DNA of 64,000 bases from Schizosaccharomyces osmophilus (lineage: Eukaryota). The stretch is taken from positions 1,116,001 through 1,180,000 of the forward strand of contig NC_079240.1 of the NCBI RefSeq assembly GCF_027921745.1, given 5' to 3'. Below the pieces are notes generated by a model, which ran no database searches, had not been told where the DNA came from, and saw only the letters and a list, made by a program, of their open reading frames with translations. Within the stretch, counting starts at the first letter, position 1. Every line of letters starts with the position of its first letter. A program made the translations under genes and the position numbers. Below, in pieces: positions 39,020 to 53,190 of this stretch.

Positions 39020-39567
39020 TCAAATGACTGCTTTATATGGCGTACTAAGCATCGTTAACCTAGTCGAAGGAAACTTTGATAGCAATAGATATAGTTTAGC
39101 ATTAGCAAAACTGTTCTGCAATTTTATTGCTGGCGTACCATTGTTATGAATAGTCTCATTCTTGAGTTCAAAGATTTGCTTGTCTTTCGATAAAATTCTG
39201 TTTACTTCTTTTTTGAGTAACACAGACGCAAACAAAATGCTTGATAAGACTTCATTATTTTGGGATTTGTTCACTAATAACTTCTATATATTTCTTCGTA
39301 ACCAGTTATTGAAGATCCATTTGTTGTAAATGCTTCAATCCCAGGTTAGCAATACATAAGTATCGTGTTTTCTCTAAATGGATTTTGAACAATGAAATTA
39401 GTAGAAGCAGTTTCAAGTTTATCTTAACTAAATCTAACCGCAATGAGAAGCATCATAAAACATTGTGTTAATCGCACTAACAAGGTTTCTTACTATATTG
39501 CTACACAATGCCGTCTATAACGTTCCTGTTGTTGACCTTATTGGCTAATTCGGTTGTATATTTTCAT
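39020..39567 (-). pseudogene. Frameshifted gag-like relic (mirror of 20980-21527)
   Basis: Same 84 aa ORF at 39020-39274; part of the inverted arm. Confidence 0.4.
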
Positions 39568-39650
39568 AGAATAACAATTAAATTTAATCTACTTGTTTTT
39601 TAATAGTGTAGCCTTATAAAATACAGTATTACTGAGATCTATGAGGACAA

Positions 39651-40023
39651 TGTCACAGTTAAGTTTTACGGAGTCTCAACGTATGACCGAGCGTAATAAT
39701 TTATAATTTGAATAAGCTATTTTTAGTAAATTTGGAGTCTACCTTACCTTTATACGCAAGTACTCTCAGATCCTGCGACCGGATTAGCTAAATAAAATGA
39801 CAATAGAATTTATGTAATTGAGCTTTCAATGAGTTTTGACGTTTGATATGACTAGACACTTGCTATGAAAATGTTGGAAAAACGTATGTTACTTGGTGTA
39901 AACTGTAGTGCCACAATGGCTTTTTATAAAAGTACTTTTTTGCAACTATTCTATATTTCAGAAAGGTTATACAAACCGGTCAAGATGGTAACTCATTGAT
40001 TCATACATTCATCTAGTTTCACA
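39651..40023 (-). mobile_element. Degenerate LTR (mirror of 20524-20896)
   Basis: Begins TGTCACAgttaagttttacgg on the + strand at 39651. Confidence 0.65.
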
Positions 40024-40430
40024 ATACTCTAGCAAAGGATTGTCACAATATACGTGTTCCTTGTAACACAATACTATTCGACTAAAATCCCTCGAATACT
40101 AACTGCTTCAATCTATTCAATCACTTCGTATCTTTTGGAATTAGACATTATTTAGCACTTGGTAAGATTCCCATGCTAAGGAGAAACAATAACGACATTT
40201 CAACAATGTTTAGCAACGATCGATTAAGATTCAGTATAGTGCAATATCTCACTTAGGCTCAAAACGCCGAAGCATATAGTTTAGCCAGCAAACCAGCGAA
40301 TAGGAGCATAATCTTATAAGCTTTAGACTTTCTAATCTACTCTTCAACAGTAACTTTTTCTTCCTTGGACCGGGAGGTTTTTGGTAGGAACTTTTTTCAT
40401 GCAAAATTATTCCGGAACCTTATATAGAAG

Positions 40431-40467
<37 letters not shown>

Positions 40468-43410
40468 TGAAAAGCTTTTTAGCATATATTCAATGCTAAG
40501 ATGTAAGATGGATGACGTGCTCCACCATTATCGAGAGGTTTGGGAGCAGGAATTATAGAGCTTCAGTATGTATACAGAGAAAATACATCGTTCATGATGT
40601 AAATTATCGCTTGAAGCGTTGATGTTCTATGGAGTTATTGTCGGATAGTTGGAAACCTCAACAAAATCTAAAAAGCTTGACTGATGTCAGTCAATTTTAG
40701 CGTATATGAATGGGTTTAAAAACCAGTATCCATCGCTGTAGCTTTGCGCAGATCCACTGTATCGAATTTCATATCAACGAAACGAACTCTTTAGCGTTAA
40801 AGTTTATGACAAATAGAGAATCAACAGGTTTGCATGAGTGAACGAGATTGCGATAACAAGCGCTACGGTTCAGGTTCGTACAGCCATCTTTGAAATCTAT
40901 ATTTAGCCAGTATTTGTATTTGTATTTGTGTTTGTGTTTGAGTAGACAAAATTGACATACCAAACATTGTCACGAACTTCTAGGGGATCGTTGCAAGATT
41001 TTGAGCGATAGGCTAGCCAAGAAACACATGTAACTTTCTTGTATTACGGTTTCAAGATTTTCCATTCATTCATTATACCGTTTTATTAGCAAAAGAATTT
41101 TCAATACTACACAATTATTTTGATCATTCTTCTTCGTCTTTGTCTTTTGAAATCCAAAACTACCGTTGTCAAATCCGTGTCTTCTAACGAATTCGCTTGC
41201 CAATCACTAAATCAAGTAGAAAGTGGGGAAGCTCTGACAATATATATGAAAACGGTAATGGTTGGTTTCAATACTGAATAATCAACTGTATATGAATATA
41301 CGTTGTCTCAAACTGTTATACTTGTCTTGACTATGCAGTTTAAGTAGAATCCAAACCTATCAAAACAATCCAATTACTGAAAGCTGTTCGCTTGTCCATA
41401 GTACATGCATTACAAGCGTCCTCAGGTTGCTTCGCGTACATCCTACCTTAAATTCGTGCACTCTCTAAGCACCCTGTTCCGTGAGACTAATGTTTATCAC
41501 TGCAATTTATTCTGTTTTATTTAAGAATTTTACCTGAGTACTGTAGTATTGTTGTGTTCGTTTAGTTTTCCCTCTATTATGCCGACTATCTAGCGATCGT
41601 ACGAACGAATTCATTTTGTAAACTGTAAAGGGAAGGCCTTTGTATGGTTTGTAATATAACAAGCAGCTCTATGTTTCAGTTTCCTCCTTTCCTATGTAAA
41701 CATTTACGAATTTAAGCAACATTCGTCAATTGCTTAACCGTGTCGTATTATTTCTGACTTCTTTCGTGTGCATATATCATATATCATATACGATACTAGA
41801 TCGAAGAGAAAATCTCTGTTGAAGGATTGCAATTATTCAGTCATATTCAATATTGATGGTATCTAAGAAATTATATCAGGCTCTGTCTTTATCTCTGTCT
41901 CTGTCTCTGTCTCTGTCTCTGTCTCTATCTCTATCTATGTTTCTTGCCGTCTTTTTACCGAATACATTGATACAATATTTCATTCTAAAGCGCTGCAAAT
42001 AAGCGTATTTAAATTTAATGAACCATTCTCGAAAGGTAAAATCATCTGTAACCAAATGCTGACCAATTTCAAGGTACCATGTATATCAATTTAAATACTA
42101 TTGATGATACTTGGGCTCCTGCAAATCTACTTGTTTGGTTGATTTTCGATCATTTGCTCGCCGTTTTTTCGGCAATAGCTTTGACTTTGGCATTGAGTTT
42201 AACTGAGTGAGGTCAAGGACAAAAAAAAAAAAAAAGAAACGCATTAGTCATCAAATCATACAGCCAAGAATCTATTATATATATAAAATTGGCTCAAATG
42301 ATAGCCCTTCAACGGGACTCTTTTTGACATGAGAATTAAAGACATCCCTCGTTTCGGTCTTAGGGCAAAGTAGTAGAATAACATATTCTCCATCCGTTTA
42401 TCGTAACTGAATTCATCTTTTCTAATATTTTCGCTATTTGGTGGTAAATAGCGTTCAGTGGGGAAGAATGGCTCAACATTCTGATTCACTTTTAAGAACT
42501 TAAAAGGCATCTACGTGATTTCGCTTGTTGAATTTTATTCACAACCACTGTCTTTGTATATAATTTATATACGCTCTAAAGAACTGAAAGATCTTATAGT
42601 GGATTCGTACTAATGTATATGAAAAAATTATAGATAATACGTGAATGACTCGACTTGGCTTGCGGGTTGATTCAATTCAAGTAATGAATATGTATACTGA
42701 GTGTACTGTTTGTCAAGCCGGCAACTGAAAGAAGAAAGAACTTACGTTATCCTTCAGCATTTCCTTATATGATTAGATCGTTTAGACCGTTTTTTATGTA
42801 TGATCGTTTGTTGAGTTGACAAGATTTCACAAGGATTTGTTTGAAGCAAGCAAGGTATATAATCACTCATTGCTGACTTCTTAGACTGAATAAATAATTC
42901 ATTAAAAGGGAATACAATGGAAAGATAACTATTCTGTACGTGGCTAGCTACGTTGAAACGATTTATATATAATGATAAAGCCATTTGCCGCCCTAATGAT
43001 GATGACGATGTCAATAAAGATTTGATACTTCTGGAATATAAGAAAAAAAAAAGAAATACAACGTTAAAAGAATGGTTATTTAATAAAGACTAATACGAAC
43101 CCGATAAACTAACAAATATTCATAGTGTTGAAATAAACTAGAATGAAAAGGAACAGGGAAAGGGAAAGGAAACAATTGTGGTAAGCGAGAGTGATCATTA
43201 AGAGTTCAAATAAGCATTCGTATAGTATGCAGTTGTGAAGGACTGACTGAATGCAATGATTATGAAGAGGTGGTTTCGCTGCGAGGTATAAGTGTGGCTT
43301 GGCCTAGGTATAGGTAAGGTGTACATGCAAACGAAAGTAATAAAAAAAGTAGATTTAGTATCTGACTATAAGTAAGTTGTTAAACGCATTATCTGCTGGT
43401 CAACAAGCAA

Positions 43411-43482
43411 TCCGTTGTGGTCCAACGGCTAGGATTCGTCGCTTTCACCGACGCGGCCGGGGTTCGACTCCCCGCAACGGAA
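43411..43482 (+). tRNA. tRNA-Glu (TTC)
   Basis: Mirror of 17069-17140. Confidence 0.97.
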
Positions 43483-44091
43483 AAACATTTTTGTACATTC
43501 AAATGTACTGTAGTGAAATTCATATTGTTACTCATTTAAAAGACCTCATCCACATTAGACTTAAAAGAGTTTCTGTTTCACTGTAGACTATAATGCTCTA
43601 CTGATAATCTTAAAATGGTTTATTATTCTTTTTATTCCTGAAAAATAATACAGCAAAAACAAAATTTAAAGCCTCAATTTAAAGAATTTCTTTTTGCGTT
43701 TATTTGTTTTAATGAGCGTGCTATCATACAAACAGAGATTGATTTCGCTTCTATATTTAATAATGTCTTTCATTTTCGGCTGTTTCAATTACTTTTAAGT
43801 CGTTTTCTGGTGTATGTAGAACATGAATGAAGACAAGGAAGTAACAATTGCTTAAACACTAACTTTTTATGAATCATATATGTACGTAGAAACTTTGTAT
43901 CATCTGGAAAGGTATTAATCAGTTAATTTTAGTTTAATATTAAAACGAGCATAACTAAAAATCAAAGGATTCATTTATCGTCCCGTCTTCATTATAGTTA
44001 GGAATAAATTTTTATATAAGCACTACAATGTGAGCGTTAAAATACAAACTTTAGCTATGATATAAATTTGTAAATACTAATCACTAACCAA

Positions 44092-44172
44092 GCTTCTGTA
44101 GCTCAGTTGGTGGTAGCGTCCCTCTCATAAAATGAAAGGGGAAGGTCGTGAGTTCGAGCCTCACCAGAAGCA
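44092..44172 (+). tRNA. tRNA-Met (CAT), elongator type, 7 nt intron
   Basis: Mirror of 16379-16459. Confidence 0.94.
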
Positions 44173-44178
44173 TCTTAA

Positions 44179-44251
44179 GGTCGGATAGCACAGTTGGTAG
44201 TGCGCATGACTGTTAATCATGAGGTCGTGGGTTCGAGCCCCACTCTGACCG
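44179..44251 (+). tRNA. tRNA-Asn (GTT)
   Basis: Mirror of 16300-16372; 6 nt downstream of tRNA-Met; followed by a T6 terminator. Confidence 0.96.
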
Positions 44252-46197
44252 TCTTTTTTGGTTTTTTGTTGTATCTACTGAAATGTAAATATTTTTCTTT
44301 AAAAATTATGTCCAATAATACGCTTGAATATATGATATGAGATTAGACAAATGACATTGTAAGTCATAAACGTAAAATAATTATCAGATAAAGTCATCTT
44401 TGATAGGAAACATCTGAATTTTTTATGAGTTTATGATTTGATTCCAACTTTACGAAATACCTACTATTTTGTTTATTTAATAGTTTTAAAAATATGAAAC
44501 GAACTATACATCTTCTGCCGAATTCATTCAAAGCACAGAATACCAGTTATGCACCAAAATAATGGTTATTTTGAATAGTCCCGCATTCATAATCAAGATT
44601 TTACTGTCACCTTCCCTCACGATACGTGATCTCTCATTGCTTTTCAACTTAACACAATGAAACGACATACGATTGATGATTCCAATATGTTTATGAATTC
44701 AAAAATTGACTTACGTTTTTTTTCTTGGTAGGTTAAGTAAACTTTCATGGGATAAAATATTAGATGAAGGGTTGTTTAGAAAATTGCAATCATCGTAAAG
44801 GCCACCCGCCAACTTCATCGTTACTTTTTGCTAAACATAATTAAGGATTGAAAAGGAAAGGAAAGGAAAGAAAAGAAGAGAAGAGAAGAGAAAGATACAA
44901 AGCAGTCCTTTTTCTCTCCTGTTAAATCGTTGTTATAACTCTTAACTGCCAATCGGCAGGCCTCACTTGTGATTACTCAGGACTGTGTGATCTGGTCTTT
45001 TGTGAGAGGTTGGATCTGAGAACATATTATCGACTAAAAGTTTATTTTGTAAGAAACAGATGCTCTTATGTGCAATAATTATATACATGGAAAAAACAAC
45101 AACTCTTTATGACAACATGACTAACAATAATTGCATACCAGCTAGTATCAATTGAGCCTGAATGATTCTTCGCTTAACAACTCGGGGATCAATTCAAATG
45201 AGACAGTTTTACCAGCTAAGTCAAAACAAAATAAAAATTGTAATCAATTCAGCTATCGTTCAATACGATAAAAAAGCCTGATGTCGTTTATGAAATTAAT
45301 GACACTTGGCAATAGAATACACTATGAGTCCTACTCAATAGTTCAATTATCCGTTTGAAAAATTTGTGAATATTTAAATATTTGATTGTTCATATGATCC
45401 TCATATGATTTGTAAATTCCACTCACTGTATTTCGTACTTCAGAACAGTATAGGGCGTACGTACATGCAAGATAATGGCGAGTGTAAATCAAAATGATTC
45501 GTATTAGATTCGAAACTTTTTCTATCTGTCATTCAGACATACTCATGCGGATTTTTGGAAATTTCTTACTTTCTCTTAAACATTTCAATATTTGTGTTTT
45601 ATTTTTTCTTTCCACTTGTTCATTTCATTGACCCTTTTAATAAGCTTACAAATATCATGTAAATATTGTATAAATCGTCCTTAAGAAGTGTGAGGAAATC
45701 CATGACGAGTCTACATAACTTCACAGAATCAGGTTTGATCATAAATTGTACACATGGAAAGTAACGAAATGATCGGTTTCTTACATTGAGAAGGAACTTA
45801 CGAGTCCAATGAATTCATGTTATGATCTATAACACGAACAAACTGAACCGCCTCGCCAAACCAGACATTCCTTAGTTCCCTCAGGAAGATTATGTGTGTT
45901 TCTCAAGGACAAGAAGCTGCACAAGATTATATTATTATATTATATATATGGAAATTTACAAATGGTCATGAGATGTTTTGCGCAACATCCCGAGGTGTAC
46001 GATGACTATATGAGACTAGAAAAGAAGATGAACGTACACTCACGGGGCGGTTGTTATCTATTGTTTTCATATTCCGTTTCGCTGTTGCATGTTTTAGAAC
46101 GAACTTATTCATTTAGCTAATAGAAGGGTAAAGAAAAGCAAAACAAAATGGAATGAAACAAGAAAAGAAAAGAAAGCAAAAAAAAGCAAAAAGAAAT

Positions 46198-46270
46198 TGA
46201 CCCCGCCAGGAGTCGAACCTGGAATCTCCTGATCCGTAGTCAGGCGCCTTGACCATTGGGCCACGAGGCC
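46198..46270 (-). tRNA. tRNA-Arg (ACG)
   Basis: Mirror of 14281-14353. Confidence 0.97.
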
Positions 46271-46837
46271 TCTTGATTGATTACTTGTCTACCTAAATTT
46301 TTTTCATGCTTTTGTTGAATGTTTGTAACGTTTACTACATACTACATACTACATAGATAGTATGATTGTCATGTCCCATGTCCAACCAAGCATCCGCTCG
46401 TTTCCCTGACAAGCTAGTTATTAATAAATATATATTCATATCTCCTACTTTTCTCTGCTATCAATTCCTTCCCCCATATTGAGCTATTTTTGATACGAGC
46501 GATTAATGATATATATATATATATATATTTTCTGAGATTTTTTTTTTATTTCATTTAGCTAATTTAGCTCGCTTTAGCATTACTGATTGTTTTCGTTCGA
46601 CGGATGTGTAGTTTGCGGTTGCTACTATGAATTTATCGTTTGTTTTTTATGCTAAAATTTATAAAATCATATGCAGAGTGTTTTATTTTAATCTCTTTCT
46701 TTCGCTTTGCTTTGCATTGCTGACAGACATCCATACTTGCATGCATGTATATGTATGTGTGTATGTATGTATAGAAAAGTAACACAGTTATTGAAAAACA
46801 GATTAGATTACACTAACATAAAATGCTTGTAACAAAT

Positions 46838-46911
46838 GGTCGCATGATGTAGTTGGTTATCATGTCGATCTAATAAGTCGAATGTCGCCAGTTCGAGCCT
46901 GGCTGTGACCA
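46838..46911 (+). tRNA. tRNA-Ile (AAT)
   Basis: Mirror of 13640-13713. Confidence 0.96.
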
Positions 46912-47193
46912 TTAATTTTTTTATTTTTTTATTTTTTATTTATTTTTTTTAAAATCCATTTCATTTGCTCTTTGATTGAATTATTTGTTGATCTTTTGTT
47001 GAAGCAATGTCTTTTTATTGCATAGTGCCAACATAGTGTAAAACACCCTGTATGATAAACCCAGTGAACGCAATATATAAAATTTATAACAAACAAACCA
47101 AAATTGTAACACTGGAACAAGAGCAAAAAAAAGCAAAATAGTGAAACAATGAAATAACGACAAAACGGAAAAAAAAGAAAAAAAAGAAAAACT

Positions 47194-47267
47194 TGGACAA
47201 GCCAGAACTCGAATCTGGGACCTCTTCCATGCTAAGGAAGCGTGATAACCATCTACACCACATGCCC
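47194..47267 (-). tRNA. tRNA-Ala (AGC)
   Basis: Mirror of 13284-13357. Confidence 0.96.
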
Positions 47268-47756
47268 TTGGTTGATAACATTAGGATAAATAAAATATAT
47301 TAAAGCAAGTAAAATAAAGAATGAAGTTTTATCACTTGTTCCTTTGCAAAGTACTCATACGTATATTCAATTCATTCATCTTTCTATATCATATTATATG
47401 TATTGGTTCTCACACGATACGCAGAAGCAGAAACAAAAAAGTATTGCATTATTGTTATTGCCATCGTTATTAGCTGTTTAGTTATTTATTTTGAAATTGA
47501 AATTGACATTGACATTGAAATTGAACTGAATTTTGATTGTTGATTGTTAAATGTTAAATGTTGAATACTGAATATTGAATATTGAATATTGAGAACGGCC
47601 TAGCAAAGAAATAATATTAATAGAAAAGCAACGAAATTAATACATTGTATTCGTACATAGGTTATGAATCCTGTTAACGCGGGTACATATTCGCATACTT
47701 AGAATCGGAAACATATTTTATGTGCTTCCTCAATCCGCACATAGTGACGATAATCT

Positions 47757-47927
47757 TAGCAGACTTGTATGAAAGGCGATTAATGGGAACGGAAGATGTC
47801 AATCACAGGGAGTTGAAAGGAAGATTGGAAAAAGAATCAATACCATAATTTAGCTTCCTTCTTCCTCGCTTCCTTATGTGAATCGAAATAAGGTAGTTAT
47901 GTACTGTTGTGAGAAGAACGCTCGTCT
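47757..47927 (-). repeat. 171 bp dispersed element, copy 4
   Basis: Mirror of 12624-12794. Confidence 0.93.
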
Positions 47928-50900
47928 CCGTGGCTTTTGATTGTTTTTTAAGGTCGCTTATCCTAATGCATTATGTTCTATCTACCTATCTACCTATCTA
48001 TCTATTTATAACTTAATCTCAACAAAGATTTCCGGGTTCAGGAGGTTATTGGCAGCCTAATGCTATGGCTGCGATTACGAGGAGGAAACACGGGCTTTTT
48101 GATGTCATTGTTGTTCTTATTGTTATTGACAGTATTCATCTCGTGTCGTTCTAAAAAAATTGTCGCTATTTTACGTAGTTCGTAGTTGGTGCTTCCCCAT
48201 ATTACAGTTGTCGATATAAAGAAAAGTTCCTAACTCGCTATACTACTACCGTATCGAAAAAATATAAGCTTTTCCCTCTCTTAGCTTTAACGACATTCAA
48301 TTACGTAAGGTCTCTCGAAAGCTTTGATATAAAACACCCACCTTTGCATGTTTCTTTACATTCAATCCTACAAATAAAGAAAATTATAAAATAGAAAGCT
48401 TTTGCTTTGAAATATTAAAAGTTTTGATAGCACGGAGAGGTTCTTTCTTAACTTAAGCCGTGGGGATTTTGATATGTGAATTACGGTGGTAACCCAAGTC
48501 AGTCAGTCATGAATGCATATCATATCATATTACAGTATTACGTTTGACTGTTGTTTATTAGCAATCGGTTAGTTCAATAGACGAAGCTTGATTTGTCAAA
48601 AGTATATTTATTCTTCAACAGAATGCCATATTCTGTGATGAATGCTTGATCTTCTATTATTCATTTTTAAAAGAAGAAAATCACCTATCATATCTTATCA
48701 TCTGTGTCGAAATCAGATACTATGTTATTTTCTATCTCAAATCATAGTAGCTGTCATTAATAAAAACTTATCATATATCGCTTTCTGTTCATGGGCTTCA
48801 ACAACCGCTATGCCCAATGTACATATAATAGACGATCTGGGTTTCACCATCGGTTTCTCAATCCATTCTTCACTTCTTGGAGTACATATGGGGTAAGTAC
48901 TATTACTACTTGCTATGCATACAAATCAAGACATCAGTTTTTTACAAGATGAGTTTGATAGTTACTATTCGTGGATGGACATTGAAATCAATCTCCTTCG
49001 AAACCAAATTTATTCCGCAATCACAAAACAAACAGCAACATCCATGTTGCTGAATCGTGAGAGAATAGATTCGCTGTGTTTCTTATGTCTTTAACCCACC
49101 ATAAACGAAGCATTGATGAACGGACAAGACAACAATATTCTTCTGTATTGAGTGTATATATACGTTCACTAATTTGACATTGATTTTACCCATATTTCAA
49201 TGAGATATTTCCCTATTCCTCATCTATTCTGAAATATGGAACATCCAAACAAGAAGAGCATGCCTTTACAGCTTTATAATCAATGGAGGATCAAAGTATC
49301 CATCGTTTCGTTTTAAACAATGAATTGTAGCATTGGTGATTTTTAAGTATGCTTCATTTTAGCGACCTTTTTATTTGATAAATTTGACATATTTTAGTGA
49401 ATAATTATGTTTCTTTCATATAAGTTATTAAAACCGATATTATAGTGTTTTGTGTTTTGTTTAACAATAGAATCGGATTCCAAAGAAGTACGTGTTATGG
49501 AATGATACCCTAATCTTAAAGTTCAGAATGTCGGAAGGAGTAAATGCAGCTATGCAAACAAAAGCTTTGAAGACTCCCCGTACATATACATAACTCTATA
49601 AAAAATAAACTCTTTGTTGTTTTGTGGATTAAAATCTTCAAGAAACGCTTGTCTATATTCAAAAAGTTCGACAAGTCAGAGGAACCTCTAATATTAACCA
49701 TAAATGGTTTTACAATGAAATTACTATTCAGTGTATTATTGTATTGATCAACACAAACACGGAAATCAAATTGATTATTATAGGCAAGGAGCATCTTTCT
49801 ATTTCGGTAGCTTAGAATTACTGTTTAAGTACCAACTATTTTCAGAAAAGATGTTTTCTACCTGAAACATTTTGCTGTTTGTGCTAATATACTTGTTTTA
49901 TCATCTTCATTGGTATCACCAGGTTGTTACTATACATATACCCCTCCAGATATATTTGGGAAGTAATTTAATACTCTCAATAATACGCTAATATTAATTA
50001 CGGCTGTGTTCAACCTATTTTGTCAAAAGATACGGAATGTTTTGTACTAACAATAAGAAATTATCTTCCTAACTGAGTGGAATTTTTACAAACAATTAAA
50101 GAATGAGAGAAATGCAATGTTTCTCAGTACGATACGAATTCGGATGATATAAATCAAATCATGTTTCAATGTGGATATCAATCAGAGTACTAACACCTCA
50201 AATGTGTTCAACAATTAAATGGCAGATTACAAAGATTATTTATCCGCGGAACATACAAACGTTATTTAAATGACATTAAAAGCGTACGCAGCAACATCTG
50301 AAATATAGTATCTTGATACGTTACATAAGAGAAAAGATGCAAGTTTTTAAAGATAATATAAATAATATTTTTCGCTAAATACCTTTGGTAGTCATGCCTG
50401 GTCGCTCGAAAATGGGCTCCATAACAGATTGTTTAAACATTGTAGGAAACTTGTAGGAAACAGATACGAGAACTAGTAAAGAAATAAAGATCCCATAGAT
50501 ATATATTTTTTTTTAAATACGGTAGAGTTTATTCGCGGGGCAGTCTTCTTCGTGGCTGACACGCGTACATAAACTTATGCATGAAGCGTCAAGACAGATA
50601 ATAAATGTTTCCAAGTACAGACTTTCAGTAAAAGGATTAGACGAGGTAAAAAAACTCAAGATAAGCATTTTCATGGCACACCGTTTGCCGCCAGGAAGAA
50701 CTTCGAAACGATTATGGACACGGAGATTGAAAAATTAATAGGAGCAACGGAAGAGAATTTCGTTATATTCGCCCGCGTATAGGATAAGCATTATAGTCTA
50801 TCATGCCCGTGGACAGGACGATTTAACGAAAGTGAAAGAAGGAATTAAGAAAAACAATGATAATAGAACAAAGCTTAATACGTAAGAATGGCTAGAGGAT

Positions 50901-52679
50901 TGTTATTCCACACACAAGTAACGAAAATGGTTGCTGTTAAGAAAATCAGTGATACTTCATTAAATAATACTGAATCACCTGAAGCCCTTTGCGGAATTAA
51001 TGACTGAGCCGACGAACGCTCCATTAACCCGAACACTCAGAAAGTGATTGAGATTTGAATAATAGAATGATTGTCCACTTACACTATAGCTTAGTCTCTT
51101 TATGTAGAAAAAAAGATAGTGTATGAAGACAAAGAATGGCAAACTGCTACAATTCTCAAACCTTTTGTGAGCACCATTAATTGTACGAAATAAGGAAACG
51201 GACAAGTACAGAGTAGTGCTTAATCATAAGTCACTGAACACAATGACAAACCGAGATTAATATCCGACATATATTTTAAAGAAATTGTTTACTGGTTAAA
51301 CGGCGCCGGAGATTTCTTAAAAAAAAACATTCGGCTAGCATGAGCTTCGGAGGAAGAGGCCTATGCAAATACAGCAACTCTTCGCAAATGGTACAATTTT
51401 TTAGCAGCTACTGACGAGTCGTTTAAAACATGATTTATAAGAAAAATTAAGCGTCCATGTTCACAAAAAATACGTATAGGTGCCAGAGCGAAAATGCGTA
51501 GACATACTATCACCATCACTCATAAAACTTCAAAAAATGGTATCGACCTGGACGTGGAATGAACCAGCCGATGCTCTACCGCCCAGAGATGATTTTTCAC
51601 GAATATTTTCGACTAGATACGAAAGGAATATCCCCGACACCAAGCTTTTAATAATTTTCTTGATGAAACAGTTGAAAATAAGGACTGTTCAGTAAAAAAC
51701 GGTTTAATTATGAATGATCCGGGCGAATATCGATTGCAAAAGCCCCATGATTAACGCTAGTCGTTTGCAGCAAATTTCATGACCAACCAACTTCTGGATA
51801 ACATTTTGGAAAAACTCTACTACAGTTTGCACAATAGAGAAGGTTTACTGGAAAGGTATAGCATTTGAAATCCAGAAAACTTGTGAAGAATTGTGATATA
51901 AATAAAAATAAAAATAAAAATAAATAAGACGCGAGACCACAAAAATACAACCATTACCAAAATCGGAAACTGTTCTCATTCATTTTTCGATTGAATTATT
52001 CATCGTATTACCAAAATCTCAGGACGAAGATGCTATATAGATTGTTGTAGAAACATTTAACGAAAACGGCTTGGTTTATACTTGTACCATTTCGCTTGTA
52101 ACATAAAACCTTATAGAAAACTTTAATGATAGATGATAAATACCAAATTATGGCAACCCCCAAATGACCATCGTTGTTATACCAACAAACAATGCAGTAA
52201 TTTTGTAAATTATCTTAATCAATGATGAAGTGATATATTGCATTTCATTGCATTGTATTCCAAATTAAGATTATTTCTACTATTTCGGTGCACTTGGGAT
52301 TTGTTTTGACATATTGAATTTATTGTACTATTCGTTCTCGTTAACATATAATATATTCCTTTTGTGAATATTTAAAAGAGAATACGGAAGATGGAACGCT
52401 GAACATTGAACATTGGAACCATAAGCAGACAGTAGATTCGTCAGTCTTATCCAGTGGTTCCGAATGTGAAACGTGGAATATTTCCTGTAATAAAGCAAGG
52501 CTTGGATTGACCTATTTCTTCTGGGTACATTGGAAATCATTAGAAGCATGAAAGGAAGGGACATCTCATCAAAGCCTTATTATAGCTCATACATCATGCA
52601 TTAAGTGAATTAGAATGAAAGCTTGCTAACATATAAATTTGGATATAGTAACCGCAATTATAGCCTGTATACACATGAT

Positions 52680-52750
52680 TCTTCCTTAGTATAGGGGTAG
52701 TACACCAGCCTGTCACGCTGGCAGCCCGGGTTCGAATCCCGGAGGGAGAG
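52680..52750 (+). tRNA. tRNA-Asp (GTC)
   Basis: Mirror of 7801-7871; the 3' flank differs from the other copies. Confidence 0.97.
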
Positions 52751-53107
52751 TGACTAAACTTTTTGCGTTTATTATTTTTTGGTATTTCGTTTTTTCCTCA
52801 TACTCGGGTTCTTCCTTGCATTTGAGAACGCCATTCGATTTTGCGTTTCTAATACTGTTTTGTACATGGCTTTCTTCATATTTGGCTGTTCACTCAGAGT
52901 CATATTCATTAAGTGCAAGTAGATGATGATGATGCATGCTATCAGGTGAAATGAGACAAAAAATTGCTAGTAAACTGACACTAAGCAAACTAAATGAAAC
53001 CATCAACAATGAATAGGATAATAGCATAGATGTAGAAAAAAAAATAAACATTCATCATCCATTGGATGGTTCTAAAAAAAAAGAAAAGTTGAAAAAAGTG
53101 AAGGCTA

Positions 53108-53190
53108 TGACCGTGCCAAGACTCGAACTTGGGACCGTCTGCGAACATTGAATGTTAAGCAGAAATTATAACCATCTAAACCACACGGCC
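53108..53190 (-). tRNA. tRNA-Val (AAC), 9 nt intron
   Basis: Mirror of 7348-7430. Confidence 0.96.
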
